A stretch of 63,354 nucleotides of DNA, filler included, from Sphacelaria rigidula (GCA_964200075.2; 10 parts of 10 records of this genome joined end to end with filler, not necessarily neighbours in it), one strand, 5' to 3'. Counted from the first letter of the whole stretch, positions 25,951 through 37,914 are shown. Translations and numbers: made by a program. The notes: generated by a model not told the origin, from the sequence alone.

Positions 25951-26219
25951 GTGAGTTACACCGCTGTCATGTGCCAACACACCATTGGTGTGTTACTTTC
26001 CGGTATTTTTATCTACCGTTTCCATCCTGAACGCTAGAGTTCGTTTCCTGCGGGACGTTGTATTTGTGAGATAAGATCGTCTGCGTACCAGACACGGACA
26101 CGGAGGACTATCAGTCGATCTCCCTCCGTAATGCATGCATCGAACCATCAATGTTCAGTCGACGTCTGGCGTCAGAATTTACAGGACAGGAAACTGGGGT
26201 TCTGGGATCAGTCAAGAGG

Positions 26220-26720
26220 GGGGGGGGGAAAGCAAAGACGCTGTCTAATGAGGTTCGCTGCATACTTGGGAAATCATGATCACGCACACAACAACCCCGC
26301 AGACAATCCGCGAGTTATTTCAGATACACCGCCCTTTTCAACGCCTGCAAGGGTGGAAACAGAGTCCGACACTTTCTACGATAGCCCCCCCCCCCCGAAA
26401 GTGGGTGGTTTGGGAATGCATTATCTACACGTGAATCGAGATGAAAAAAGCAGAGCACAACGAGCAGGTGAGAATTCACACGCTTGCGTTTGTTTTCGCC
26501 GATGTCGCCTTTATGAGGCGCTTCATATAGCCTGAAACCGAACATGAGGCGCCGTATGACCATTTTCTTCGTGACACTTTTTGGCTGGTTTTGGGGAGGG
26601 ACTATCGTAGAAAGTGTCGTCCGCCTTCTCAATTTTATCAAAATCCACACTTTTTTCCCAGGAAGCGGGATTCGAACCCACAAAATTCCGAGGGGAAGAG
26701 AGAATGTCTCAATCACACGC
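26220..26720 (-). mobile_element. tRNA-headed SINE related to family Y, interrupted by an M2 MITE
   Basis: B box GGTTCGAATCCC near 26668-26679; after the MITE, TTTCCACCCTTGCAGGCGTTGAAAAGG resembles TTTCCACCGTGGAAAGCGTGAGAAGG at 52331. Confidence 0.5.
26368..26618 (+). mobile_element. MITE family M2 (251 bp)
   Basis: TIR GACACTTTCTACGATAG.CCC; 4-bp TSD GTCC; homologous to 38876-39131. Confidence 0.9.
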
Positions 26721-28305
26721 ACCACCGCACACGTGGCAACATATACACGGGACTGTTATATTGTTGTTGCTGCTTGGTTTCCCGTGTAAAACGAGTAGAA
26801 ATGTACATGCGAGAGTGACCCAACAACCGGGGAGGGCGGGGGGGGGGGGGTTGATTGCGCAAAGGAGTTCACAGAGGTGTATTGCATGACCCCATATAGT
26901 CACTATGGGCTCATGTGGGGGTGAAGACGTTGCCGATCGGTGTGACTCCGTGTGTTGTGTTAATCTTCAGAGTATTCCCATGAAATTCGTCACCTGCATC
27001 GACGCCTCAAAGTGGCTCCAGCAAGAAGTGGTTCGAAACACCCACCCATCCTCTAGCATAAGATCACTCGTGAAAGGCAGATAACGCGGGGTTTCGTACA
27101 TTGTCGAGAGGTGATCTGCTACTAAACTGAAGGAGAGGTACATTAGGACGCATGAGGTGCACCACACTTCGGTAATCCCGTTGGGCTAGTAGCTTTGGGA
27201 GGGTCACGCAGGTGGACACATGTGTATGTGCTTTTGACATATCGGACCATAGGATCACCATCGCATCATGGGAAATGTGCAACAAGTGCAAAGTATGCAA
27301 GCCGTACTTCACTGAGTATTACACGAAGCTTCAGGGGGGTCGCACACAAAGGACAAAACCCCGGCTGTATATTGGCACTTAATGCATCAAAATTAATAAC
27401 GGATATATTGCAATTGGTCCACTTCTGTTTTCTATCCGATTTTACCTGGTATGTCTCATCCCCTGTCCTCACCGCATTGACGCTGCTTTTCTGAACTATC
27501 GCACACGACAACAACTTGAGACCAACAGATGCGCGTAGTAACTGAAGCGCCTGCCGTGGAACGCGAAAACGACGTGCTACCCCTGTAGTACCAAGAATCT
27601 CGCTCTGAAGCCAACCTCACTTGTACCCAGTAGCACACGATGTTTGTCCCCCACCGGGTTGCTCATTTCTCATTGTGCGCACTCGCCCTCACATAGGAGA
27701 TTTATACCCCAGCTCATCTCGCTTGCGCCTACGGTAACGTGGGTCTACTCCGGGTTTTGATGGAAAGAGGTGCTCTCCGCGAGGCTCAGACCGAGGTATT
27801 CAGTACAACCGCTTTTGCGAGATCAGCAGGCTCGAAGTACCTGTACATGTATAGCATGGCTTGTAACTCTAACCCTGAGTAGTGCCACGATAGGGGCATA
27901 CTTCGTTGGCCATAAGTTGTCGGAGGTTGCACATTTGGGCACAGATGCATCTCGATGTTGAGGGGCTCCTGAAGTGAAGAGCCTCAGAGAGTTTTGTGAA
28001 CCTCTACCGTGGCGCCAGTCCTCTGTCTCCTCTTTGCGCTCCCGCCCGTTATCTTTTCTGCCCCACCGCACCCCATTTTCTAAAGTGCTGTGTGTGTCTC
28101 CCTTCTCTCAGAGGTGGCTGAGAGTTGCTGCCCGATAGCGTGTTTTCTAGATAAGTGAGTTGCAACCTGTTACCGCGGCGTTTTGTCCTTATACGGCGGT
28201 CTTCTATCTGAAGCCGCGGAAGGGGCTTGTCGGGAATTCCCTGGGGATCCTTTACAGTATCGTGTCTCTGACAGCTTTTACCGTTTATTTTCCTTCCCTT
28301 GTGGT

Positions 28306-28480
28306 GTCTTGTTCCTACCCGAGTTTCCTTGAACGAGTGCTTCCACCTACTCACCTTGGGCAGGTTTATTTTGTGACCATGGTTAGATTAATGGAGGAAG
28401 TCTTGTCTTGTTTCTACCCGAGTTTCCTCTGGCGACTGTTTCCACGTATTCAACTTGGGCAAGTCTATGTCGTGACCATT
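28306..28480. repeat. Diverged tandem duplication, 99-bp period
   Basis: GTCTTGTT.CTACCCGAGTTTCCT...CTTGGGCA.GT.TAT.T.GTGACCAT at 28306 and 28405. Confidence 0.75.
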
Positions 28481-30122
28481 AATATTTTCATAGCGGAGCA
28501 GCTAACGTGGGACAAATAGTCATCACACATACAAACATGAACGCCAACCTGCGATGTTGCTCGAAATGTGTTTCACTCGAGGTCTATACGTACGCATGGC
28601 ATGCGCGGGACATGCCACAATATCGACACCGTGCGTTTCGTCTCCTGTGTGTGATCCATGCCCCCCGGACTGCGTCGTGCGTCGTTGAACGCGTGTCGGG
28701 TTCGTTCGAATACAGTAGCCACCATTCAAACCGATACTTGACTCGATCGAGAATTGGTCGCGAACTACTGTTCATTTCCACTCGAAAGTTCTGAGATCGT
28801 TCGACATCCTAAGAAAGAACAGGCATTTTACTGAAAGTACTCCCCAATTAGGTATTGTCGGGGCAGTGCGGAGGGGAGAAACGTTTTCTTGCTGGCGGGT
28901 GTTATTCCCCGTAATTTGGTCCGAAACACACAGTTTTTCGTTTTCTCGCTGTACGGCAGCGCAATGGTAGCAAGATTGTAGCAACTTCTTGTGGACGGTT
29001 GTTCACCAACACGATCGGGATTGTTTTGATCGAGTTAGTGTATGAAAGAGTCGGAACCTGGGGTTCCGTACTCGTAGGACCCTCTACAACCGGTAAGCCC
29101 GTGAGTCGTTCAAAATTTTGGTCGTTTTTTTTCGCCGTTTGGAACTTGTGTGTGCTGTACAGTATCTCTCCACCCTCATATTATTTTCATGAGTGATCAC
29201 CGCGATCAGTCGTGGTAACCGAGAAAGCTTAAATTTTCGCTTCAAGCGATAACACAAGCGTTTGACTGCTCGCTGTCCCCTCCCGAAGTATGTCGTGCCG
29301 TACGAAAATGACTTCAGTTGACTCACATTCATTCACGACTTTACGCTCCAAAATAGCGCAGGGAATGGAGTGGTAACACTCGCTTACACCGAGTGCAAGC
29401 AGTGCCCATGCCCCCCCCCCCACCTGTCTACATGTACATATATATATATATATATATATGTCCTCCGCAACGGGTGCTACACACAGTACGCTCGCCTTTG
29501 GGAGACGTCTAACACCACTCGTTGTATTGCTCTACTTTTTTGCGCCTTCTACTACATCTTCAGCGGGGGTGGCGACCGCTTCATCTTGCCGCGAAAGGTG
29601 GTCACTCGGAATGCGTTGATCTCCTCCTCAATGCCGGGGCCTCCGTTTCGTGCGCGACGAAGGTGCGTGACATCAGTTTAGGTTGTTGAGCCTGGAGCTC
29701 GGGGCTTCTTCCTTCGTCAAAGTGTCATCGGTCGCTTCGTGAGTCCAGACACAGTCCATCAGGCCCGAAGTTCAGTATCTGGATGTGCTTATTTTTTTGA
29801 TGCCATGTCATAGAAGGCACGCCTGTCAATGCTACGAGTGCTCCTTATAGTAGAACACAAGTTGGCCCGGAATGTACAAAAACACGTTGCATGCGGTACT
29901 CTCAATTCTGGCTACGTATACCCGACGCCATCTGAATTAACGAATGTTTTGTTTGTTAAGTTCGGTACAGCATAGGACAATTCAACGTTCTGCCCTTCCG
30001 CATCCTTGCTGACAGAGGGCTATCATCGAGTCAGATGCCTTTGGCAGAGTGGCATCCGTCATCACGCTTAGTGCATTTTTGTTCCCCCCCAGGCAGTGCT
30101 AGCCAACGACCAGGTCATTGAA

Positions 30123-30422
30123 AACAACGGTTTCGTGAAATTGAGAGTTGAAGGTACGATTGAGAGTGAAAAGCGATCAATTAGTGAGTAAGCCGTTTCA
30201 GTTCCAAAATGCACCTCCACCAGGCCCAATATTCTCTCTGTAGTAGCTTGCCACTGAGGCCCTCGATACCCCTGAGTAGGATATCAACGTGTAGCTGTAA
30301 GCACATGGCAGTGATAAGACGAAGAAAAGCACACACGGAATGAAAAATTTGCCAAGTTAAAGCGAATGATCAAAGCCACTCTTAATCCGCACCCAACTCT
30401 CAATCTCACGAAAACCTTGTTT
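30123..30422. mobile_element. MITE-like element; left part also at 6180-6246
   Basis: ACAACGGTTTCGTGAAATTGAGAGTTG ... CAACTCTCAATCTCACGAAAACCTTGT inverted ends. Confidence 0.7.
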
Positions 30423-31425
30423 GACGTCCTCCTCGCGAGCGTTGCCTGCTATGCACACATATTCCCCCATCTTGGTGCTCGAAATCCAACACTTTGGAAG
30501 GAGGCGTTATTGAGGATATCTTGGAACTTGGGGGAACCATGCTGAAATCAGGATACAATGGGTGAAACAAACCACGCGAAAATCAACATGTATTACAGAT
30601 GAACCTCCTGCTTGGTCACACAGAGGGGGGGGGGGCACAGATGAAGCTTTAGTGCTGTCACTGAATCGAGAAAAAGGATGCCGCGTACACCCACGCCATA
30701 CTCATCTGCCCGTGGTGTCGAGTGCCAGCGCAGCGACTACGAGGTGGTACAAGACTGTCAATAACACAACCATCGCCACCACCACCACCACCAACAACAA
30801 CAACAGCAACAACAACATTAACCGCTTGTGGCTGGTTCCATCATATGCGGCTTCCTGACTGGCGGCTGGTTAAGTTTTTTTTTGCGTTGGATTCCCTACT
30901 TGATGGTGGCTACTGAGGTTTGGTTTTTGGTGAGATTGGGTACAAATTGTGTCGGGAATTGACATGTTTCCATTTTCAGAACAATTTGAAGGCAACCTGA
31001 TTGGCCGAAAAATATTTTCACTAACAGCGCCACAACGCAAGACGCAAGAAAAACTCTGATCATGTCACATTGTTCACTTCCTCATGGGGGTCGCTGTGAC
31101 ACCAAATATGTTTCTATCGGATGAGTTTTGCGATCTGTCCTTGGTGGGGAATAAAATTTGGGTATTCACCCTGAACCAGCCTGTACGTATGCTATCACCC
31201 CGTCTATATTCTACATAAAATAGACCCAATTATCACGAAGGACAGGGTTCATTTCCCGGGAAAGATCGTTAGGCCTGAAAACGCCAAGAGACCCAAATGC
31301 GCAGAGGCAATCGCCCTTGTTAGATGTGATTGGAGATAGTGACTTCTCAAGTTCGACCGGGATAGCATAGTACTGCAACTAGCAACCCCCCCTCCCCGCC
31401 GTCTCTCCCTTGCCACGTGAACCAG

Positions 31426-31527
31426 GAATGCCTCTCAACACCTCTTCACATCGCCGCAGACGCGGGGTTTGACTATGTGTGCAGGCGTTTGTTGGGTCGC
31501 CGTGCCCCGCACGGGGTGCAAGACGTG
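31426..31527 (+). CDS. Ankyrin-repeat protein, 102-bp phase 0-0 exon
   Basis: ECLSTPLHIAADAGFDYVCRRLLGRRAPHGVQDV (TPLH.AA..G...V...LL...A); CCAG acceptor, GTG|GTGAGA donor. Confidence 0.85.
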
Positions 31528-31565
31528 GTGAGAGAGAAAACAGACACTATACACCATGAACGGCC

Positions 31566-31601
<36 letters not shown>

Positions 31602-31630
31602 ACCCCCCCAACAAAAAACACCAGCGCACA

Positions 31631-31730
31631 NNNNNNNNNNNNNNNNNNNNNNNNNNNNNNNNNNNNNNNNNNNNTTAATTAATTAANNNNNNNNNNNNNN
31701 NNNNNNNNNNNNNNNNNNNNNNNNNNNNNN
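31631..31730. other. Artificial contig linker
   Basis: 44 N + TTAATTAATTAA + 44 N. Confidence 0.99.
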
Positions 31731-31829
31731 CCTGTGTGACCCCGGCTGATGCGCCCACATCTACCGAAAGGTGTAGACTGGTGCCCAGAATTAATGGGAC
31801 GACAACACACACACACACACACACACACA
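31731..31829 (+). mobile_element. SINE family X tail with long (CA)n
   Basis: CCTGTGTGACCCCGGCTGATGCGCCCACAT...GGGACGACAA(CA)n at contig start. Confidence 0.8.
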
Positions 31830-33354
31830 AGAGTCGGTTTACGCCTTAACAGAGAGCGAGGCTGATTTTGACACCTAGGAATGACTTGCGGCATTCGTTG
31901 AGACGGTTCCAGCACACGTGTGCGTTTTTCCTGTGGTCGCAGTTTCTTTCTTGCCTAGGTTTTTTTTTTTCTCGGAGATCGGTCAAGTCCACATAAAGTC
32001 GCGAAGTTTTTCTGCATTTGACGAGTCTCCGAGAGAAATGAGCGATCTAAGAGAAGAGTGCAAGTCCGGGCAAGAAAAAAACTGCGGCAACGGGAAAACG
32101 CACACGTATGTTGGAACCATCTCAACAAGGACAGCAAGGCATTACAAGGTGTCAGAATCCGCCTACTGTAGCTCTCTGTTAGGGCGTTAAAAGACTTCGA
32201 GGCTCCAAAAGGGCACTTTTCCAAATTTATACTTTTGTCTGCTATAAGGAGCGACCTAAGGATGTATTCTCATATTTTTGTACGCCACTTATCCCAATTT
32301 TTTATACCACCCTACTTTTTTGTCATTTGCACGCTGTAGGTCGGAACGGTGGATACCACCCCCGAATTAAACGGTGAAAGAAAACGCCCTCCGGGGACGT
32401 TTATTCTGTCGTTCCCTGTGCCACCATGCACCCCCCCCCGCCCAAATGCGAGCTACCAATGTTGTTTATATGCCATCACGGGTCATTTGTTAATATTTGA
32501 GCTGTTGAGTTTTGTGATGGGTTGGACTCGACAATGTCGAAAACGTGGTGTCGACGACCGCGGATGAGCAGCCCATTTTTTTGCAAATAGTGGCATGAGA
32601 CCGCTTCCTGCGGTCTGCGACTATGTACCCGGAGATTCGAACTCAGACAACGTGCACCTGTAGGCTAACAGTACAGGAGGTAGTGTTGGCTCATGCTTGG
32701 CATCAGACCGTGGACGGTATCGCGCCGAACGGTTCGAAGTTTGCGCAACTTCCCCCCCCCCCCACCCCTCCACTTGGCTTGATGGTCGGCTGCCAAAGGC
32801 TTCGTTCGTATCCACTGGTGCAAACTGCACATATGCGATGCGTATCGCACAATCGAAGTACCTCTCGTGACCCGAAGCATGTACCCTTCCTGGAGTACCT
32901 CATACAGTGCCTGTAAAACGCGGCACGTTGCTACTTGTTGGTGCACATTTGAAACATGTGATTCTTCGAGCCCCCGCGGCCTTCTGCTCGTAGGATCCGG
33001 CCTCTCTCTAACAGTCCCTCCAGGTCTTGAAGGATGGTCACAGTGAAAGCGTAGATGGCCGCTAGTAGAGCGTGTGGGTGCTGAGAGTTGATCTGCGCAT
33101 ATTTTTGTCGACCAACTAGGACTGCAGCGTCGGACTTTGAGACATTTTTCTTGCGTCCGTGTTGAAAACGCGAAAGCCGACCCAGGTCGCCGTCCCTTCC
33201 CCATTTTTCATTGCCGAGAGCTCCCGCTCAGGCAGCTGTGGTTGGTGAGGCAGGCAAGTTTATCACTACGGTTCCATGCGTGAGCTTGTGTGCGCGTCAA
33301 CTCGCTTTGCTCAGCGTACTCAGCTGGCTGTGGGGTGATGGGTTGGGGGGGGAA

Positions 33355-33398
33355 GGGGGGGGGCGTACTTATTTGTTGCTTGCCTTGATCATTTGACC
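33355..33398 (-). mobile_element. Family Z (type 2) 3' fragment
   Basis: Reverse complement GGTCAAATGATCAAGGCAAGCAACAAATAAGTACG(C)n. Confidence 0.7.
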
Positions 33399-33445
33399 TT
33401 TCAGAGATGCTCATTATGCTGCCTTTTGTTACCATGTTCTGGCAG

Positions 33446-33608
33446 GGGAATGTGTACGTCCAGGATGGAATCCACTCTTCTACGTTGAGATTGGTGTACG
33501 ATAAAACAGCCCCGGGAAACGACGGCGCGGGCGCTGTCGACCCGCAGATGTCACCTGATGGGCGGCTGGTGGCGTTCGTGAAAGATGGAGAGATATTCGT
33601 CTCATCTG
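33446..33608 (+). CDS. Dipeptidyl peptidase IV-like (S9B), beta-propeller exon a
   Basis: GNVYVQDG...AVDPQMSPDGRLVAFVKDGEIFV; CAG acceptor; phase 1 donor G|GTGAG matches the next exon. Confidence 0.88.
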
Positions 33609-34142
33609 GTGAGGAAGAATCCAGTAGAAACACTCAATTGCCAGAAATTTCGGGGTTTTGTTTTATTTGCGGCGTCACGGTCACTGCGGAGGAAATGCAT
33701 CCAAGATTCAGCTACGCACTGCTGCATTTATTTCATGTGTTCCTGATTCTGTGGGAAGATACGCAGTCTCGATACATATGGCGGAGGGGCAGGAGGAGGG
33801 GACGAGGGGGTTGTTTGTTCAGCAGCTCTGACTGCCCTGCCTTGTTTTTTGCTTGCGAAGAAAGTGTTGGAGCACTAGTTGCAGTTGTTTTACGGAGACG
33901 TGAAGACAGCGGAGACTGTCAAGTGGACGGTGATGGAATGCTGGCTATTACTCTGAAAACCGTCGTACCCGTTGATGAAAAGAGAGGAAGTTTTGGCGCT
34001 GCATTATTGTGTTACCCAGTACCGTGTTGGCTGTACTGGAAGAAACGCGTGTCCTGTACATGTACTGGATCACCGAGCACTGCCCTGGAACACGCACGAG
34101 GACTATGTCCACATGTGTCACATCTGTTACCCCCCCCCCCCC

Positions 34143-34208
34143 TGCTCCGTCTCGAAAGGGATGCGTGGTCAATGGTCAAATGACTAAGGCAAGCAACAAA
34201 TGAGTACG
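34143..34208 (+). mobile_element. Family Z (type 2)
   Basis: TGCTCCGTCTCGAAAGGGATGCGTGGTCAATGGTCAAATGACTAAGGCAAGCAACAAATGAGTACG, with C runs on both sides. Confidence 0.75.
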
Positions 34209-34497
34209 CCCCCCCTCCCCCCTCCCCCCTCCTCCCCTCCGCCACCGCGAAAGGGTTCAATCCCTTGACTGACCAAGTTCATAGTTGGAAGTCAACTGCA
34301 TGGGTGCTTGGGGTAAATAACTATTGTGATCCGTGCAGGGACAACGCCTACATTACCGCATCCACGAAGAAGAATTGAGACGTACGGGATATGTGTGGTA
34401 GCGGCGTTTTGTACTAAAGCGTCGTCTCATCAACAATGTATTCCGAACCTCCCCCCTCTTCCCCTCTTCCCCTCTCCCCCCAGTAGTATCAGTAGTA

Positions 34498-34600
34498 TCA
34501 TGATCTTGCATGCCGTACTCATATGACCGTTGACCGCCGTATCGAGAGGGATGCGCGGTCAATGATCAAACGAATAAGGCAAGTACAAAGGAGTACACCC
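34498..34600. mobile_element. Head-to-head pair of family Z ends (type 1 minus, type 2 plus)
   Basis: TCATGATCTTGCATGCCGTA.TCATATGACC.TTGACCGC then GCGGTCAATGATCAAA...AAGGCAAG...GAGTACACCC. Confidence 0.65.
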
Positions 34601-34740
34601 ACCTCCTAGTAATGAAAAATTACTAACTTCAGGCAGTCAAGACGTTAGACCTCTCTCTTTGTATATTGCCTAGCTGCGCGCTCTTTTTCATCACGGATGT
34701 CTTGGTGAATTTGTTCTTGTATCGCTCTATACCCTCGCAG

Positions 34741-34973
34741 TGGAGCCATCTTCGACAGGCACAGCTCAGAGATTACCAGGATCTCCGAGTGCAGTTGGCG
34801 GGGCAAGTCCGGCGGCGGGGGCGTCTCGACTCCCGCCTCCAGTACAATTGACTTTCGGGGGCAGCAGCAACGGTGTGACGCACGGGCTTGCAGACTTCGT
34901 GGCCCAGGAGGAAATGGATCGTTACCGAGGATTCTGGTGGTCATTGGACAGCTCGTCTATTGCCTTCACCGAG
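34741..34973 (+). CDS. Dipeptidyl peptidase IV-like (S9B), exon b
   Basis: VQLTFGG...THGLADFVAQEEMDRYRGFWWSLDSSSIAFTE containing the S9B Glu-Glu motif; phase 1 to 0. Confidence 0.93.
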
Positions 34974-35163
34974 GTGCGTGGGTGAATGACGCGGGATCTG
35001 TCTTCAATCTGGGGGATGAATCGAGTCTTTTTCCCCCTCCTTGTGTCTCCAAGGCGTATGATTTTTCCCAAGCGAAAATGCCCACATTGAGTGTGTCGTA
35101 TCCCTGCCTTCCGTCGCCGTGTGTGGTGTGTCGTTTATTTGTTTTGTTTTTTGCTATCGTCAG

Positions 35164-35277
35164 GTGGATGAGCGCCACATCCCGTCTTTTAGGATCATGC
35201 ACCAGGGAAAGGACAGCGTTGGGGAAGGGGCTCAGGAAGATCACCACTATCCCTTCGCGGGGAAAGACAACCCCAAG
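35164..35277 (+). CDS. Dipeptidyl peptidase IV-like (S9B), exon c
   Basis: VDERHIPSFRIMHQGKDSVGEGAQEDHHYPFAGKDNPK (YP.AG..NP motif); 114 bp, phase 0-0. Confidence 0.93.
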
Positions 35278-35737
35278 GTGAAGATTCAAACTATAAATAA
35301 AAAAGAGTCAAATTAAAAGCGACAAATGACGCAAACCTGTTCTTGTTGTTTGGTATACATTTTCCACCACCTAGTTATTCCCTCCTTGTTTCTTGTCGTG
35401 ACGTAACTGTTTGTGACAGAGATGGTACTATAGTCGTTCTGAACCCCATCTTTTCGGCCAGATGCGAAGATCTCTTGACTTGAGCTTTGTCGCGTAGTTT
35501 GCGAATACTGCTGCGGCAGAGACACCCGAAATCTAAGCGGCCACAAAAGAGGTTGAATTCTTGAAGAAAAAAAGGTTCGTCGTTTCCGCAGACGCGCTTT
35601 TCCCGCTTTGACAATTTCGACATCTTTGACGGCATACATGCGGAATATCTCCCCCCAACTTATCCCCCCCTTCTCCGTAACAATGCGTGCACTCTCTATC
35701 ATCTGTATATCGACATCTATCGAATTATGGACACCAG

Positions 35738-36271
35738 GTTCGACTCGCGGTGGTCCAAGTAGACGGAGAGGCTATCCAGAGGGGCCAAGCCACTACCAGC
35801 CGGGAAACCTTCTGCCCTGTATGGATGGACATCGGAGGAGGCATGGCGTCACCATCCGCGCCCGCTGCCAACAACGACCCATCAGCGAATGGGGAGACCG
35901 CAACGAGCGCTTCTCCGGCGTCCGCTGCGGCAAACGAGTCGGCCGATTCCTTGCTGGGCGGGGTCTCGAGCGACGCCGGCGACAACTTGGCACGAGGCGC
36001 GGGGGTTTCTGGGGGTGGATTGAGGGGAGTAGAGGGGAGTGCCGGAGAGGAGAAAGGGGGTAGTGGTGCTGGGGAGATATACTTGGCCAGGGTGAATTGG
36101 CTACAGGATGGGTCTCTCTGTGCGCAAGTGCAGAACCGGAATCAGACGGAGCTGAGGCTGCTGCGCCTTGACCCGAACAGCGGGGCACACACGGTGCTGG
36201 TGGTTGAGCGATCCAAGGTTTGGATAAACCTTCATCACCTGCTTCGATCGCTCCCGTCGCCGACCCCGCAG
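35738..36271 (+). CDS. Dipeptidyl peptidase IV-like (S9B), exon d
   Basis: VRLAVV...EIYLARVNWLQDGSLCAQVQNRNQTELRLL...VERSKVWINLHH; 534 bp, phase 0-0. Confidence 0.92.
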
Positions 36272-36478
36272 GTGTGTGTGTGTTCATGCGTTCAAGTCTG
36301 TGGATATATGCATTCGCGGCGGATGCGGAAGGGGGGGGGGAGATGGTCTTGGACTGCTTACCCGCTTGCGTTCCTTCCTTCCTTCTTTTTTTTCGTCGGG
36401 CATGCGCGACGATGCTCAAGGAGGATTTGTTTTCCGTCCAAGTAGTGAACGTGAATTATCATGGTGTTTCCTTGTTTC

Positions 36479-36512
<34 letters not shown>

Positions 36513-37598
36513 GTCTTCGATTCAAGGTTGCCGTTCGTGGAGTTGTCCGTTTCCCGATGGAAGTTGCCGTCTGAGAGTGACCGCGGGTTGGTTCGGCGCT
36601 CATTTCGCTTCGTCCACTAATCAATAACGCAAGGAGCAGCGTGCCTCGCCGTTTTGTCGACTAAATTCCCTCTGTCAAATCGAGTTTATTAGAGTGTGGT
36701 GCATGTTTCGGTGCAGCGTGCTGCCGATTTTTTTTTTATCAAGCCTCGGACTTGGATTCCATCCCTTAATGCAGAACTGTGTGCAAAGATGATTGGACAC
36801 CGAATAAGGATGTGCCCACGACAAGCGCGGTTGTCAGGTCGTCATTTTTGTGTCTCTCTCCTGGAATGTTTGAAATGTGGTGGATGCATGGCCCATAATT
36901 TTAATGAAAAAATTGAAGTCTGTGTTCATGTAGGATATAACATCCAAGGGCAACAAAAGGGTCACTGACACATGGAATTGCTACGATTCAAATATCTGCG
37001 GGACTGTCAGGCCGCGTTCTCGCAATGGAAGGACTTGGGCGCCGAAAAGATGATGATGCAATGCTCTTGGTTTCCGAAGAACTCAGTCAGATTACTCTTT
37101 CAACAGTCGGGAGCACGTTTTTGTGCGTTTGTCGCTAGAAGTCATTCTGGTTGTACCATGGCTTAACATTATTTGATTATATCACACGCTAGGGTCAAGC
37201 CTAATCCCGATCTCAACCCAAAACATACCGAGAACCCTCGGGCAAGAGTAGTGTTTGTGGTGTCCTAGTCAAAGTGTCCTCGCTTGCGTTGGCAGGACTC
37301 AGATCGCGTCCTGCGCATGGCGGGGGGCACTCGGAACCGTCGACTCCCGGAAGATCCGAATGGTCATAGTCCACACTGAACCCCATTGGTCGTTCTACCA
37401 TGGATTATGACGACCAAGTAGCCTATACGCTACTGACACGACTTCTCGTGCCCGTGCCCGTGCCTGCATCGAAGATCCAGTTTTGCTTGATATCTTCATC
37501 TTCTGCCTACGCGTCCCTGTAGTATACCACCCTGGACCCCGCTCCTTCTCCGCCACTTCCTGATGTACGCCCCCCCCCCCCCCCCACTCTTGAAGCAG

Positions 37599-37883
37599 CC
37601 CCCAGAGGAGAGCGCGAACAGCGGTGGAGGCGGCGGCAATGGTGACAACGGTGGTTGCGGTAGTGGGAGCACTGTGAGCGGCATGGATGTTTCTCCTTCT
37701 TCCTCTTCGTGTGCGCCAGCGCCAGCGCCAGACGGTTCCTTCCACTTCATCTGGGCGTCCGAGAGGTCCGGATACATGCATCTGTACCTGTACCAGTACG
37801 TACCCGGTGCAGACCGGGCAGTCGAGGTCCGACAAATCACGTGCGGAGAGTGGGTCGTGGAGTCTGTCGTTGGGGTGGATCAG
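37599..37883 (+). CDS. Dipeptidyl peptidase IV-like (S9B), exon e; catalytic domain lies off-contig
   Basis: [16 protein letters not shown]...[17 protein letters not shown]; 285 bp, phase 0-0; AAGCAG tandem acceptor. Confidence 0.92.
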
Positions 37884-37914
37884 GTGAGAGCCAACTGGGT
37901 TGGAGAGAGAGAAG

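Noticed and set aside
26950..29380. Possible decayed gag-protease relic on the minus strand in the ankyrin intron
   Set aside because: Only faint, frameshifted motif resemblance; needs a translated HMM search to support.
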